A stretch of DNA of 62,230 bases, counting the filler, from Candidatus Delongbacteria bacterium (GTDB taxonomy: Bacteria > UBA4055): NCBI GenBank assembly GCA_016937995.1. It is 6 parts of 6 records of this genome, joined end to end, with 100 filler letters (N's around TTAATTAATTAA, not from the genome) between each part and the next. Parts side by side here need not be neighbours in the genome. Positions count along the whole stretch, not along the records: positions 57,495 to 62,230 come from JAFGVM010000077.1; 5 more parts are not named here. The stretch is one strand, 5' to 3'. The notes beneath the pieces were generated by a model. It was not told the origin of the DNA, searched no databases, and saw nothing but the letters and a program-made list of their open reading frames with translations. Position numbers and translations under genes: made by a program. This document shows, in pieces, positions 60,701-62,230 of the stretch (its first letter is position 1; each line of letters begins with the position of its first letter).

Positions 60701-61609
60701 TTGTAACAGTGGTTCCGTAATTCGCATTAACAGCTAATCCGGCATCTCTACATATTCTAGCTACAGCATCTCTTTGAATCTGAGTAGTCATAAGAGAATC
60801 ATAGGCAAGCATGTTTACCCAATCGTATGTTGTATTAGAAAAATTTTCTAATCCTTTGATAGGATAGCTATAAAATTTCATAAGTTGAGACATTGCTAAA
60901 GGACCGCAACCAACTAGAGTTGTATCTGATGTAATAGTATCAGTAGGACAAAAAATATAGAATGGGAACTTTTGGTGCCACTCAGTTTTAACTAAACCAA
61001 AAGTATTTTTTACTGATTTTGTTGTTTCAAAGCCTTTTTTTTTATCCACCAATCAGGTTGAGGGATACTTTTATCAAAATTTGCTTTTTCATGGAAACTA
61101 TCAGTTGGCACATTGAATTTTTCCCAACTCTTAATCTCTTTGTCATTTGTAAGTATTTTTCTATTTTTGAAAGCCTCAAGTAAACGATTGTAATAATCTA
61201 AATGAAAAGGTGTTAATCTTTTATCAGTGATTGAAAAATATCCTTCTTTAACTCCAAATGTCCATGCCCCATCCCCATTTTGGTCTATAGGAGAACCTAA
61301 ATTTTTATGAGCTTTTATAAGTACATGTCCGTCTGGATTAAAATTTACCATATAAAAAAGCGTTAGTGTATCAGCCTTGAAAGGAGTTATATTCTTAATA
61401 ATCCCTTCATTGTCTTTTCTAAACATTCCTTTAAATTCATGTTCTTCTTCAAACATAAATTTATAGTAATTAATTGCAATATTATGCAGTTCTTCCTGTG
61501 TTAATTTGTATTTCTCCATTTTAGGATCAATTTCACTGCTATCACCTGACATTGCTGTTACAGGTAAGAATAGTATGAGAAATACAAATATTATTAGTTT
61601 ACTTTTCAT
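57662..61609 (-). pseudogene. Paralogous C10 peptidase gene split by two frameshifts and truncated at the 3' end
   Basis: ORFs 61010-61609, 60255-61052 and 57662-60283 are collinear with 53095-57279 (KLTQEELHNIA.NYY..MFEEEHE; TLVGC.PLAMSQLMK; EVS.DNR..W; TPGFY). Confidence 0.85.
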
Positions 61610-61650
61610 TAACTTTGTTCTCCATTTTTTGTTTTAATTCACTTCACTCA

Positions 61651-61676
61651 GGTCGGACACATGGGTACGACCCTAC
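61651..61676 (-). repeat. GTAG-foot REP-like palindrome
   Basis: Reverse strand GTAG-GGTCGTAC-CCATGT-GTCCGACC, related to 4415-4440. Confidence 0.65.
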
Positions 61677-62230
61677 GATTCGTATCAATACATTATCCCA
61701 CATTCATAAAAAACACCACCTCCTTTAAATCATTTTAGGTGTCTTTCATGATTATTAAATAAAGGACACCGTATCTCTTAAATACCCACAACATAAGGTC
61801 TACCACAACCCACCGATGAGTTATAAAGAGGCGGTGCCCTATTATATAGAACACTCGCTTCTTCTCCTGTCTCGCTGACCTATAAAGTGCTAGTTTATTG
61901 AATCAAGACAAGATAATTAAAGCTAATTATTCGACTATTTTAATGTTTCTGTTTACTCCTTTAAGTTTCTATAATTTCTACAGTTCAATATCTTCAAATA
62001 ATTAGCCTTTGTCAAGAATACAATTTTGTTTTAATTTAAATTTAGCACTGGTGCTAATATAAATCAAGAACCAGAATCGACAACACATTTCAACAACATA
62101 TTTTGACAATACATTTTAACAATATCATACCTGATTTCACTGTTTTTATCTTAACTTTTCCATGATGATCCCGATAAATCGGGACAAAAATCTAGTCGAT
62201 CCAAGTTTTTCTGGCCCCTAGTGAGTACAA

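Noticed and set aside
53095-61609. Convergent tandem arrangement of the two protease paralogues
   Set aside because: They are on different contigs; the adjacency is an artefact of concatenation
61610-62230. A cassette start for the second protease gene
   Set aside because: No G|TTA arm matching the other cassettes was found upstream; the gene is not demonstrably a cassette

Overview
An AT-rich draft bacterial genome: six contigs (1-25004, 25105-35631, 35732-45481, 45582-52848, 52949-57394, 57495-62230) joined by artificial 100-bp N/TTAATTAATTAA spacers, so adjacency across a gap is not evidence of linkage. A T9SS-type C-terminal domain and C10 peptidases suggest an FCB-superphylum organism (inference). 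Most of the window is housekeeping: recG, hflX, phoH, secG, mnmA, iscS, gdhA, cobO, a sirtuin, an acyl-CoA carboxyltransferase and three tRNAs. It also holds large secreted multidomain proteins, restriction/defence remnants, dispersed palindromic repeats and 7-bp tandem repeats. The main result is an integron-like gene-cassette system. A tyrosine recombinase lacking the IntI-specific insertion (43277-44149) is followed in the same orientation by a palindromic attI-like site and by cassettes. The cassettes are bounded by a conserved hairpin site, TAACATTGG(A/C)AAAA...TTTT(T/G)CCATGACCG|TTA, seen three times with a compensatory base change. Cassette ends are mutually complementary over about 20-65 bp. 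One cassette is 4.4 kb and carries a 1394-aa C10 protease. The third site appears to have recombined into, and truncated, a paralogous protease gene exactly at the predicted crossover.
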